From Schizosaccharomyces osmophilus (lineage: Eukaryota): a stretch of 64,000 nucleotides of DNA. Positions 54,101 to 62,690 of the stretch are shown in pieces (within the stretch, counting starts at the first letter, position 1; each line of letters begins with the position of its first letter). The stretch spans positions 2,232,001 to 2,296,000 of the forward strand of contig NC_079239.1 of assembly GCF_027921745.1 (NCBI RefSeq), given 5' to 3'. The notes under the pieces are model-generated. The model was given only the letters and a program-made list of their open reading frames with translations, did not search any database and was not told where the DNA came from. The position numbers and the translations under genes are program-made.

Positions 54101-54404
54101 AAAACTTTCGTTTATTGATTTCTACTGGCAATGTTAAATTTCCTTTAACTTGAAGTTTGTCGTTTGTTATTCCTAAAAACGTTCGATTTTCTTTATTGAA
54201 TTTACGCGTAATTTGTTTAGCCAGGTCTTCTCTCAAGATGGATACGTTGGCGCCAGTATCTATCAATGCATTGACCTTGAGGTTTGCAATTTTGACATCT
54301 TGATATTGCGAAGATTGCTTTTCGTAGTGTTTTTGTGGATTTCCCGCAATGATCTTGTTTATAGAGACGACTTCATCTCTTCTAGACTTGTTCTTCTGGT
54401 TTAG
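51114..54404 (-). CDS. Pol polyprotein (protease, RT, RNase H, integrase, degenerate chromodomain), in frame with gag
   Basis: LIDTGA, YLDDILIF, ETDASD, HHCC zinc finger, SMDF/SDRG/GQTER (DDE) and VGPF motifs; frame open from the gag stop. Confidence 0.95.
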   Translation of the reverse strand, partial: LNQKNKSRRDEVVSINKIIAGNPQKHYEKQSSQYQDVKIANLKVNALIDTGANVSILREDLAKQITRKFNKENRTFLGITNDKLQVKGNLTLPVEINKRKFYETFIITPTSENEVLIGWSLLKKLESLDFLYGNKTKEEKNNNNKESLKVEDILKSFNKVFTEVTDIPLPRHSDSDLKIELTNELPDYAPKLRPYTQKESATIREKVQELLSQGKIRESSSNFMCAPLVVPKKGTDKYRMVINYKPLNAITKRDKYPLPNFEEIINCLSGAKVFSTIDLKEAYHLLRIREGDERKTAFKTPFGAFEYKVMPFGLTNAPANFQRYINKVLFPYLGIFIIVYLDDILIFSSSEKEHEEHLRKVFQKLQDANLYANREKCTFFQKKVKFLGHIFSNQGLEIDPERIQAITNWPEPNTLRRLQSFLGFVNYSRRFMPNLSKLARPLYDLTKKNVKYKWTDRHKEAFVNIKKELENVSMLKHYDPTKETRLETDASDFAIGAILSQKQEDNVYHPIAFYSETFTDRQCIWPTWEKEAYAIIAALRKWYHFLAHTETPFQILTDHKNLTSMFTKIRTDTRSKINRWATELELYNFEIQYRPGRKNEPADAISRRPDYKVAAVNQLSETNYLTNVFDYVRKEYSNHKKFQRILDEDNDNPQYTIINGLIINDKRQIIIPKVPQLVQLICYQFHDHPISGGHRGKLSTTNRIREKFYWQGMTSDIQKYVKNCDICQHSKTRNHQRYGHLQPLPIAEKPFQHYSMDFIVGLPVSQGKDAILTIVDRFTKMAWFLPCNTTTTAEQLIEMFEDHIVSVYGNPRDIVSDRGPVFISDKWKQYLKDHKIILKLSSGYHPQTNGQTERINQIVETYLRCYMHDNLGNWATYLKKAQLCYNSAEHSATKVSPVKAAFGIQPILTEWDLQLINDLGTSFLSSQTEPVHEIRNHIRKANERYAKYYNRKTEIPPIFKSGDQVLIKNGKVGFFHQHNKLEPTFVGPFEVKKKVAEHNYTLNFPREIRRRYPASFHVSELEPYNADSHANNFLANITIDRILDVDNNQKPSLYYCLYHTKLSNDYLRSVTWIPTHIVQQKADAKLVEFNHSASSQ

Positions 54405-55292
54405 TCATTCGTTGGATTTTGGTTTCATTCTTGTTTTGGGGTTATCCTGATTGTTTCCTTCTTTCCCAAGAAAAGGTTTTGTCTGCCGGAAATTTGGACG
54501 GTATCCTTTTTCTGACTTTTGAGACTTGTTATATCGAACCAGGTTATTTACTGTTGTTACGGCTGCGGCGAAATTTCCATGCTCGTAATTATGTTTGAGG
54601 AGTTCATTTCTAAAATAACTTGAATGAAACGCGAATATCATGGCTTTCTCGATTGTTTCCCTATCCAATCCGTCAAGCCATTTTTGAACCTCACTAACAT
54701 TTAATTCTCCACGAGCTCCTTTAGATAAATATTTAGGGATGGGATGAAACCAAGATTTCTCTTTCTCGTTTAGAAATGTCTGTTGAAAAACCTTCTCGAA
54801 ATTCCTCTGAGGTCCGGGAGTCTTCACCAATTCTCGTATCTGTTTTTGATAGTTTTTTGGGGATTTAAAATATAAGAACGTGATTTTCTCGCGGTCGGTT
54901 GGAAATATTTTTGGTAAGTAGCCAAAAATACTTTGCATGTTCTTTTCAAAAACTGCCACGGATTGTTCGGATGGCTCAAATATTCCAGGGTTAAGCGGAC
55001 TAATCATGTTTAAATATGAGTCTGCTATGGACCCGTAATGTTCATGTACCAATGCTATAATGTCCATCGGTATTTCTGGGATGAAATCTTCTTCAAGGTC
55101 CATTCGGTTTATCGACCTGTCTAGTTTTTCCTGATTTACAGCAGCGATCTGCTCGGACAAAAAGTCTAGTTTTTTGTTATAGTCGTTTTGCATATTATCC
55201 ATGTGCATTTCCATTTGTGTTTGCATTTGCGCTTGCATATGCGCCTGCATTTGTTGAACGACATATTCACTCCCAACACTTCCGGAATCCAT
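54405..55292 (-). CDS. Gag (295 aa, no CCHC knuckle)
   Basis: First ORF after the 5' LTR and PBS; coiled-coil-like N-terminus and basic C-terminus. Confidence 0.85.
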   Translation of the reverse strand: MDSGSVGSEYVVQQMQAHMQAQMQTQMEMHMDNMQNDYNKKLDFLSEQIAAVNQEKLDRSINRMDLEEDFIPEIPMDIIALVHEHYGSIADSYLNMISPLNPGIFEPSEQSVAVFEKNMQSIFGYLPKIFPTDREKITFLYFKSPKNYQKQIRELVKTPGPQRNFEKVFQQTFLNEKEKSWFHPIPKYLSKGARGELNVSEVQKWLDGLDRETIEKAMIFAFHSSYFRNELLKHNYEHGNFAAAVTTVNNLVRYNKSQKSEKGYRPNFRQTKPFLGKEGNNQDNPKTRMKPKSNE

Positions 55293-55345
55293 TTCCGTAT
55301 TTCTATTTGTTTAATTTGAAATTGAACGAAACTATTTCCACCTAG

Positions 55346-55357
55346 AGATTGGAAGAT
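55346..55357 (-). other. Self-priming primer-binding site ATCTTCCAATCT
   Basis: 4 nt from the 5' LTR; exact complement of LTR sense sequence AGATTGGAAGAT (55567-55556). Confidence 0.85.
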
Positions 55358-55361
55358 AAAT

Positions 55362-55756
55362 TGTCACAGGACGAATCTCACTTGTTATGAGAATAAGTAT
55401 TCAGTGGAAAAGATGTAAGTAATAACAATTCATAAAATTGTATCTTTGACTTTTAAATTGGATACTTTTGTACTATAGAAGAATAGTAACAGCTTCCAGG
55501 GATCTGATTCACTAAGTAAGTTGTATGAACAATTTTATTTAGCTAGATCAGTCAAATCTTCCAATCTGAAGATTTGAGCTTTCCATTAGAGGTATATATA
55601 TCTTTCTAGGATTAGTCAGCTTCTATATAACTTTAGTTCTAGATTTATAAAATTTTTAATGGCAAAAATGAAAATTTAGTTTTGTAATAACGTATTTGAT
55701 AATACAATACATTTATTGTATCAAGATATTAGTAATATCGTATACCGGTTATGACA
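55362..55756 (-). repeat. 5' LTR
   Basis: 395 bp; TATATATA about 25 nt upstream of the predicted transcript start. Confidence 0.95.
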
Positions 55757-56756
55757 TTATCCTTGTAAAACGACATAAGTAATATTGGAGGCTTCTCTGA
55801 CAATTTCACGATATTTTCTGGATCGAGCCATAAAGACGATGAAATACAAGTAAAAGAATGTTTTGAATGAAAACGGAGTTTCTCTTACACTAAACACCAA
55901 CATAATCGTCGGATTTGTCAAGGGCCGTGTGCAAGCGTTAAAGCGGCTTTGCAATCACAAACGTCTCCTATCCAACCTCCTCATAAGGCCTGTGCTTTGT
56001 AAAGTTTGAGGAATCCTTGCTAGTTATGATCTTCTCATATGAAAACAAAAACGCTGCAAAACAATACTCTTCCAATTCGCCTATGTTTATATAATCTTAA
56101 CGAAAAGAATGACGTCGTTTACTTATATGCATTAAATCCAAAAATCCTTTTGGAGAATGAATTCCCATCTTAAAGTGTAGATGAATTTTATCTTCCACGC
56201 TTCTAAATATGGATGTCGAATTGATTAGTCGGTTTTTGTTTGAAACTTTTAGGACAAGTACCAAAATATTGCAACCCACCGCTATCCAAAAGTGACAGTG
56301 GTGGACAGAAATCGAATTTTCTTGCTGGAAAATGACCGTATACGTGCAATGGTTTCTGTCGTATTGACGAGACATTCGAATGCCTTCCAGCTGTTCTTGT
56401 AAAGAAAAAGGAAATGTAGCAGAGTCAAGTTAAATTAGTATATAGAAAAATATATATCAATAAAATTAATAAATTAAACGATTACAAGAAACAAATCACG
56501 GATACCTTCTTTTGGGATCTCCAGAAAAGCTTTGTAGAACACATTCCTAATGACCATGAAGAAACTTGCGCAAATCCATTCTATCTAACTATCTCTTTTC
56601 ATAAAAAGAAATTGAGGGAGAATGCTATCCGTAAATAACGACAGTTATATTGATAACATAATCGCAAGATTATTGACGTCTTCCCTGCCATACCGAAAGA
56701 CCTTCAAACTCGTCCATTCCTCTCTTTCACTCATACCATACTAAGAAACGGTGAAA

Positions 56757-58508
56757 ATGAAAATTGTGCCCAGTGAAAAGATTCAGCCTGTTTGGTGGAG
56801 AGAAACCTCGGTGTACCAAATATATCCAGCATCTTTTAAAGACGAAAACGGAGATGGCTTTGGTGACTTGCAGGGTATATTGTCGAAATTGGATTATTTG
56901 AAAGGATTAAACGTTGAATCCATTTGGCTGTCGCCTATTTATCCCTCGCCTCTTAAGGATATGGGTTACGATGTGTCAAACTACAAAGAAATTGACTCCC
57001 GATATGGGTCTCTACAAGATATAAACGTTCTAGCAAAGGAGCTCCATAAGCGCGGTATGAAACTTGTTATGGACTTGGTACTTAACCATACTTCGGATCA
57101 GCACGATTGGTTTAAAGAATCCCGCTCCTCTAAAACGAATTCCAAACGAGATTGGTATATTTGGAGGCCCGCAAAGTATAATAAAGATGGCAAGCGCTTA
57201 CCTCCCAATAATTGGAGAAGCTACTTTGATACTTCTGCTTGGGAATGGGATGAAACTACCCAAGAATACTTTTTGCATCTTTGGGCACCCGAACAACCCG
57301 ATATCAATTGGGAAAGCCCAGAATTACGCAAGGCAATTTATGACATTGTCCGCTACTGGCTAGATCGTGGAGTCGATGGTTTCCGTTTGGATGTCATCAA
57401 CATGATCAGCAAGAACCAAGAATTCCCAGATGCACTTGTAACGGATGATCGCTACGATTATCAAATGGGCTACAAGTACTACGCTAACGGTCCCAGGATT
57501 CATGAATATTTAAAAGAACTCGGACAAATCCTCCATGAGTACAACGCTTTTTCTGTAGGTGAAATGCCTCATGTGGAAGATACGGATGAGGTTCTACGTG
57601 TTGTCGGAGCTGATCGCCGAGAGCTTACCATGATTTTTCAGTTTGACTTGGTTAGTCTGGATTTGGTTCCAGGAAAGCACAAGTATGTTGAGGGTACCTG
57701 GAAGCTTTCAGACCTGAAGAAGTCTGTCAAAAAGTGGCAGTCTATATACTTGACAGGCGGAGGTTGGAACGCTAGCTTTATTGAAAACCATGATCAACCA
57801 CGAACAGTTTCTCGCTACTTGTCGGATTCACCTGAACATAGAGCGCATAGCTCCAAGCTTATGGCCCTCTTCATTGTCTTCCAAGGTGGCACACCTTTTG
57901 TCTACCAAGGTCAAGAGCTAGCGCTTGCCAATATTCCGAGAGATTGGTCCATTTCTGAATATGTAGACGTGGAAACACAGAATTTTTGGAAGCTTTTCAT
58001 GAGCGGCAACCCTACTCAAGAAGAAATACAAAAAACCATGGATATTGTTAACATGAGAGCTCGTGACAATGGTCGTACTCCTATGCACTGGGACAGCTCG
58101 CCCAACGGTGGATTTTGCCCAAAAGACGTTAAGCCTTGGATGAGGGTGACGGAAGATTTTAATGAATGGAACGCTTCCAGTCAAGTAGGAAAGCCAGATA
58201 GCGTCTACTCCTTCTGGTCAGCTTCTCTTGGTTACAGGAAAGCCATGAAGGATGCTGTTGTTTATGGATCCTTTGAACTACTTTCCGAAGAAGACCCTTC
58301 CATCGTGGCCTTTGTGCGTGAATCGAATTCCACCGTATTGGCAGTCATATTAAATTTTACTGATAAGAGTGTCTCTTATGAATGTCCTTTGCAAATCGGA
58401 GGATTCCAAGTGCTTTTAAATAACTATGAGGATCTAGTGATAAAAGAAAATGTCATTCACTTAAATCCCTATCAGGGAGTTCTTTTTAAAAAATCCCTCT
58501 CTACATAA
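56757..58508 (+). CDS. mal1: GH13 alpha-glucosidase (maltase)
   Basis: YQIYPASFKD, DLVLNHTS, DGFRLDVI, GEMP and ENHDQ catalytic motifs. Confidence 0.95.
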   Translation: MKIVPSEKIQPVWWRETSVYQIYPASFKDENGDGFGDLQGILSKLDYLKGLNVESIWLSPIYPSPLKDMGYDVSNYKEIDSRYGSLQDINVLAKELHKRGMKLVMDLVLNHTSDQHDWFKESRSSKTNSKRDWYIWRPAKYNKDGKRLPPNNWRSYFDTSAWEWDETTQEYFLHLWAPEQPDINWESPELRKAIYDIVRYWLDRGVDGFRLDVINMISKNQEFPDALVTDDRYDYQMGYKYYANGPRIHEYLKELGQILHEYNAFSVGEMPHVEDTDEVLRVVGADRRELTMIFQFDLVSLDLVPGKHKYVEGTWKLSDLKKSVKKWQSIYLTGGGWNASFIENHDQPRTVSRYLSDSPEHRAHSSKLMALFIVFQGGTPFVYQGQELALANIPRDWSISEYVDVETQNFWKLFMSGNPTQEEIQKTMDIVNMRARDNGRTPMHWDSSPNGGFCPKDVKPWMRVTEDFNEWNASSQVGKPDSVYSFWSASLGYRKAMKDAVVYGSFELLSEEDPSIVAFVRESNSTVLAVILNFTDKSVSYECPLQIGGFQVLLNNYEDLVIKENVIHLNPYQGVLFKKSLST

Positions 58509-59467
58509 AAACTATCTGCAATGATAATTTTGGGAGCGTCAATTTTGATGAAAGTTTTTGAATGGTGATTGTGAGAACGTTTCGTTTATTATCCTTCCTT
58601 GTCTACTTGATACGCACAAACTGATAGTTTTTGCTTTTCAATGATCATTTTTAAGAGCGTTCTAATTATTACGTTTTAATTTTCAAAATACCAATACACG
58701 CAAAACAGCCATTCAGGCAAATCTTGTGCTTTTCTTTAATTAAAAGCTCCCTTGGGCTTATTTTATGAATAAATTCCTTTTCAATTTTCTCTTAAGTTGC
58801 GTATGCTAACCAAACAATAGGGTCCACCTTTATACATCATGATAGGTTATACAAAAAAAGTGCGATCGTAGTCTCAGAGTATAATTCAAAATAATGACGT
58901 TAATAAACAAAATGGAGCTGAAGCTCTTATCATTTCACCTAGTCCTCCACGGACTCCTTGAAAGATATTAATGAAGACTTCGGAACCATTCATGCCTTCT
59001 AGTAATAACCATGCCCGGAAACTTAATTTCAGTATTTGGCGCCATGGCAAACCATCGGTAACAGGTAAGAACAGCTTCACGCAGTAGGAATTGCCGGCTG
59101 TCAGTTGTCAGTTAGGCCTTTCATCTTCAAAATAAACAAACAAGACATAGTGAAGTGCGAGGAGTATCTCGTTTAGACAGCACCTTTGCTTAATAATCAC
59201 GGTGAACAGTTTTTGTAACTCATTCGTAATCCTAGGGAAAGTTCAGATCAACCATAGATGTTTCTCTCTAGGTGAATTTGAAGATGGGCGTCAAGTAGAG
59301 CATCAACTTGGACTACCAAAAGACATTTTTGTAGTATCGGAAGAAGTTGGTTAAGCTGCTTTTAAGATGGGTAATCCGTTATTCGATACTTTTACCCGAC
59401 AAAACAAAGCATTTACGCACAGCCATTTAGGACTTTTAAGTGGATTTTTCAAGTAGACCAGTATAAC

Positions 59468-59596
59468 GTCTACGGCCACACCTAGGCGAAAACAACAGTT
59501 CCCGTCTGATCACTGCAGTGAGGTGAAGTGTCTGAGGGTCTCGTTAGTTCAATACTGTGGTTGGAGACTACACGGGAATCCGGGATGCTGTAGGCT
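59468..59596 (+). pseudogene. Variant 5S rDNA (129 nt; two 5-nt insertions plus substitutions)
   Basis: Aligns end to end with the intact copy at 62067; followed by a T-tract. Confidence 0.85.
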
Positions 59597-59687
59597 TTTT
59601 GCAATTCTTGTTCTTTTGGTTTGATCGGCATGGTCCTTTGACTTAGCGATACTTGTGATTGCAGATAAAGCAATGGTCATCCTTGAT

Positions 59688-59957
59688 TCAGTAATTCAAT
59701 AAGCCAAAGTCACGGAACCTTCTAACATAAACATATGCATTTAAGATCCTGCTATTTATAATATAAGCAAACAGCATGATTTCTTTGGTCAAAGTTCCTT
59801 TGTTTACTTTTTGTAATAAACGACGACTCTTTTGGATTATACTATTAGGAAAATCGCAATGAAAAACCAACGTTGAATAATCGTAACGAGGATTGTGACC
59901 AGTCAGTGACATAATGTCGCTCGCTGCTTTTATGAATTGAGACATGCGAAAAGCCAT
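59688..59957 (-). CDS. Small ORF divergent from wtf, possible wag-like gene or relic
   Basis: Position only (between 5S and wtf, opposite strand); no motif recognised. Confidence 0.2.
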   Translation of the reverse strand: MAFRMSQFIKAASDIMSLTGHNPRYDYSTLVFHCDFPNSIIQKSRRLLQKVNKGTLTKEIMLFAYIINSRILNAYVYVRRFRDFGLLNY

Positions 59958-60182
59958 TACCAAGATTTTTTCAAACTCGCATCTTTGGTTTTAAAAGAAA
60001 CATTTGTGGTGCAAGATTAGTTTGCTTTTGCTTTTGATGGTTGAAGCAAGGTCCAATTCCTATTTTTGAAAGATCTGTGAAAATTGGAGCCAGTTCTTAC
60101 GGACTTTTCTTGGTGATTCTAGTTGTTTTCGTTTAGAGTGTAACTATCGGTGTTATTTTGGGTATGAATTGCCATTGTAAAT

Positions 60183-61364
60183 ATGAAAAACAAATATACT
60201 CCTTTTTCAGATTCTGATGACTCTTCCAAAACGCTCAATGATGAAAAGGCAGATAGTCGGTCGTCTCCTTCAGATGGTACGCCTCCTCCGTATTCAGGTA
60301 AGATTAGTTGAAATAGAAAGGAAAGTTTGATTCTTTTCATGATGGAAGAATCATGCTTGTTTATTTATTTGTTGGGTTTGAAATTAATAACCTTGTCGAG
60401 AACTGTCAGCAAACATAATAGACACCTCTATCCTTTTCACAAACAAAGAATTATTACTAATACATTCATTAGCTTCAAACAAATTTATTGATTTAGAAAT
60501 GGCTGATGGATCCGCTCAAAATTCCGCCCAAGATACTGTTAATAATACTAGGTCGAGTTCGATGGATAAGTGGCAGATAATAATGTACTTGTTGTTTTTT
60601 ACATCTTTTGTGTATATTATATTTTATGCTATTCTTCTTGTGTTATTTTTTACTTCCAAGGTTTCTGTGAATGCACAAGCCCTTTGGGGGCTTTCTGCTG
60701 GCTGTGCAGCATCCTTTGCATTGTTTCTGTTTGGTAAGTTAGCTATATCTTTTATTTTTAATGATCTAATAAGTATTAGCAATAACTCAAATGCCTAAAG
60801 AATGGTTCACGCAGGCCAAAAAAGGGCTCACGCAAGCTGGAAGATTAACCAAAAACGTATTGTCAGCTATGTGTATCTCAGTATTATGTGTGTGTTTTCT
60901 CGACGTCCTCGGTTTCACCGTGTATTATGCTGCAAAGAAGTTCACAGGATTTGAAAAGATAAACAATAATTTTTTCTATGCTGTTTGTTTTGTTAACTTT
61001 GTCTTGTTTCTTTATTTGACGAGTATGTCATACTCCCGTGAAATGTTCTAACAGTTATAGTGAATGCAAATGCGCGTGAACGACTTAGATTAGTAGTCGT
61101 CGATATGGGAAACGGCATGAGTGGCTTAGGAAACGGCATAAATGGCTTAGGAAACGGCATAAATGGCTTAGGAAACGGAATAAATGGCTTGGGACACGGC
61201 TTGGGAAATGCTGTGGTTCATATGTTCGGTATGTACACTTGGTAAATGCTTCCTATCACAAGGCGTTATTAACCAATTCAAAAGGAACAAATCGAGGAGA
61301 TGAAGCACCTCGTAACGAAGAAATCGAACTTCAACCTCTTGCTGGGCAAAGGGCTGAAGTTTGA
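60183..61364 (+). CDS. wtf: wtf meiotic driver, 5 exons (60183-60297, 60473-60733, 60780-61022, 61061-61228, 61285-61364); long isoform 288 aa, short isoform from ATG 60499 is 241 aa
   Basis: MKNKYT start, PPPY in exon 1, IDLE followed by a second ATG in exon 2, TM helices, GNGINGL repeats, RAEV* end; all introns phase 1 and frame intact; flanked by 5S rDNA. Confidence 0.92.
61105..61209 (+). repeat. 21-bp (7-aa, GNGINGL-type) coding tandem repeat in wtf exon 4
   Basis: GGAAACGGCATAAATGGCTTA-type unit present about 4.5 times. Confidence 0.9.
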
Positions 61365-61721
61365 GTTCTACCGAATCCGCTTTCATTCTTGATATTTCGC
61401 TCCTTCTTTGGAAACATCAATGTCAATTGCAGTCTACCAAGTTCCTGTATTCGCTTCCACAAAAGCTTGGATCAGATGGTACCAGCGGACTTTGATTGCT
61501 TTTCTTATTCGCTTTTTTATGAATCTTCTTATTCGTTTCACAGCATCGTTCATTTTCTTCATTTATAGACATCCTTTTTAATGATTATTTAATTATTCTG
61601 ACGAAAATAACATCGTAATTAACTAGTTTTTTACTCAACAATGTGTCGTATCTTTCATTAATTGTAAGAACGAAAGTGATTACCGCCAGAGGTAAAATTC
61701 GTTCACAGCATAAAAAGCATA

Positions 61722-61860
61722 AATCTACAGATTGGAAGATTCGATTGATGTAGTTTAAAACATTGAATTACCGTTTACTTTGGGAGTCAAGTCGACGGAC
61801 CATGAAAAGAACCCAATTTATATAACTAACTTTTTCAACCCATAAACTCATACACTCAAT
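61722..61860 (+). mobile_element. Degenerate LTR fragment (R/U5), boundaries approximate
   Basis: CAGATTGGAAGATTCGATTGAT and AACTTTTTCAACCCATAAACTCATACAC match the reverse complement of the 50310-50653 LTR. Confidence 0.65.
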
Positions 61861-62066
61861 CTGATGCTACTGCGACCACAATGAGAATCAATAGAAAAGA
61901 GAAAAACAGTGTGTTTTCAAATATTATTCTTATAATATGAAAGCATTCACCATTTAGCCGTGAAAAATACCAGATAGAACTGAGTTAAATTGGATCTTGT
62001 AGTTCATCAAGCCAAATAAAAGACTGGATCATTCTTGTATAAATATCTTTACAGACAATAACAAAC

Positions 62067-62185
62067 GTCTACGGCCACACCTAGGCGAAAACACCAGTTC
62101 CCGTCCGATCACTGCAGTTAAGCGTCTGAGGGCCTCGTTAGTACTATGGTTGGAGACAACATGGGAATCCGGGGTGCTGTAGGCT
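62067..62185 (+). rRNA. 5S rRNA gene (intact, 119 nt)
   Basis: GTCTACGGCCACACC...GCTGTAGGCT, near-identical to the recalled fission-yeast 5S sequence; T-rich downstream. Confidence 0.97.
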
Positions 62186-62690
62186 TCCTTTCTTTTTGTT
62201 TGTTTATTTTTTATATGTTTTCTGGCTTGTTGGGCGCCCTTTGAATTCACTCAAAATTAATTCAACACTCCTAAAGCTTTTGGTGCAGGCTAGTACTATC
62301 CATATAGCTAATCCATTTCGAAAGATTGGGTAAAGAGAGGAGCGTATGAACTCATGTAGAATATCGGAAGAGTTCTTTGACAAGAATATACTTCTTGTAA
62401 ATCAATTCGTTTTGGTTGATACTTTTCCTTGTCAACGATTCAGAAATGGGTTATTTAGCAATTGTTTCCAATATGTAATATATATTACTTGGTAGGAGAA
62501 TATTTGCATAAAATAACATAAGGGTATAGAGGAATGTTTTGTTTATTGTTTTGGCAAAAGAATTGCAATTTAACCAGCGACGTTCACTTATAAACAAATA
62601 TCAAGACCCGTTTGATGTCTCTCAGATAACTTCCAGAATCCGTTAATTTTCCCTTCAATTCTCTTTTCACTGTTTAAACAATTTAATAAT

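Larger units (their letters stand above)
50659..55756 (-). mobile_element. Full-length Ty3/gypsy (Tf-like) LTR retrotransposon, 5098 bp
   Basis: Two 395-bp LTRs, TTATC TSD (50654-50658, 55757-55761), PPT, PBS and gag-PR-RT-RH-IN order. Confidence 0.97.

Noticed and set aside
54267..54420. Ribosomal frameshift between gag and pol
   Set aside because: Both ORFs are in the same frame, so no shift is needed; readthrough fits better.
62029..62250. Short minus-strand ORFs overlapping 5S copies (also 59482-59673)
   Set aside because: Antisense readings of 5S rDNA.
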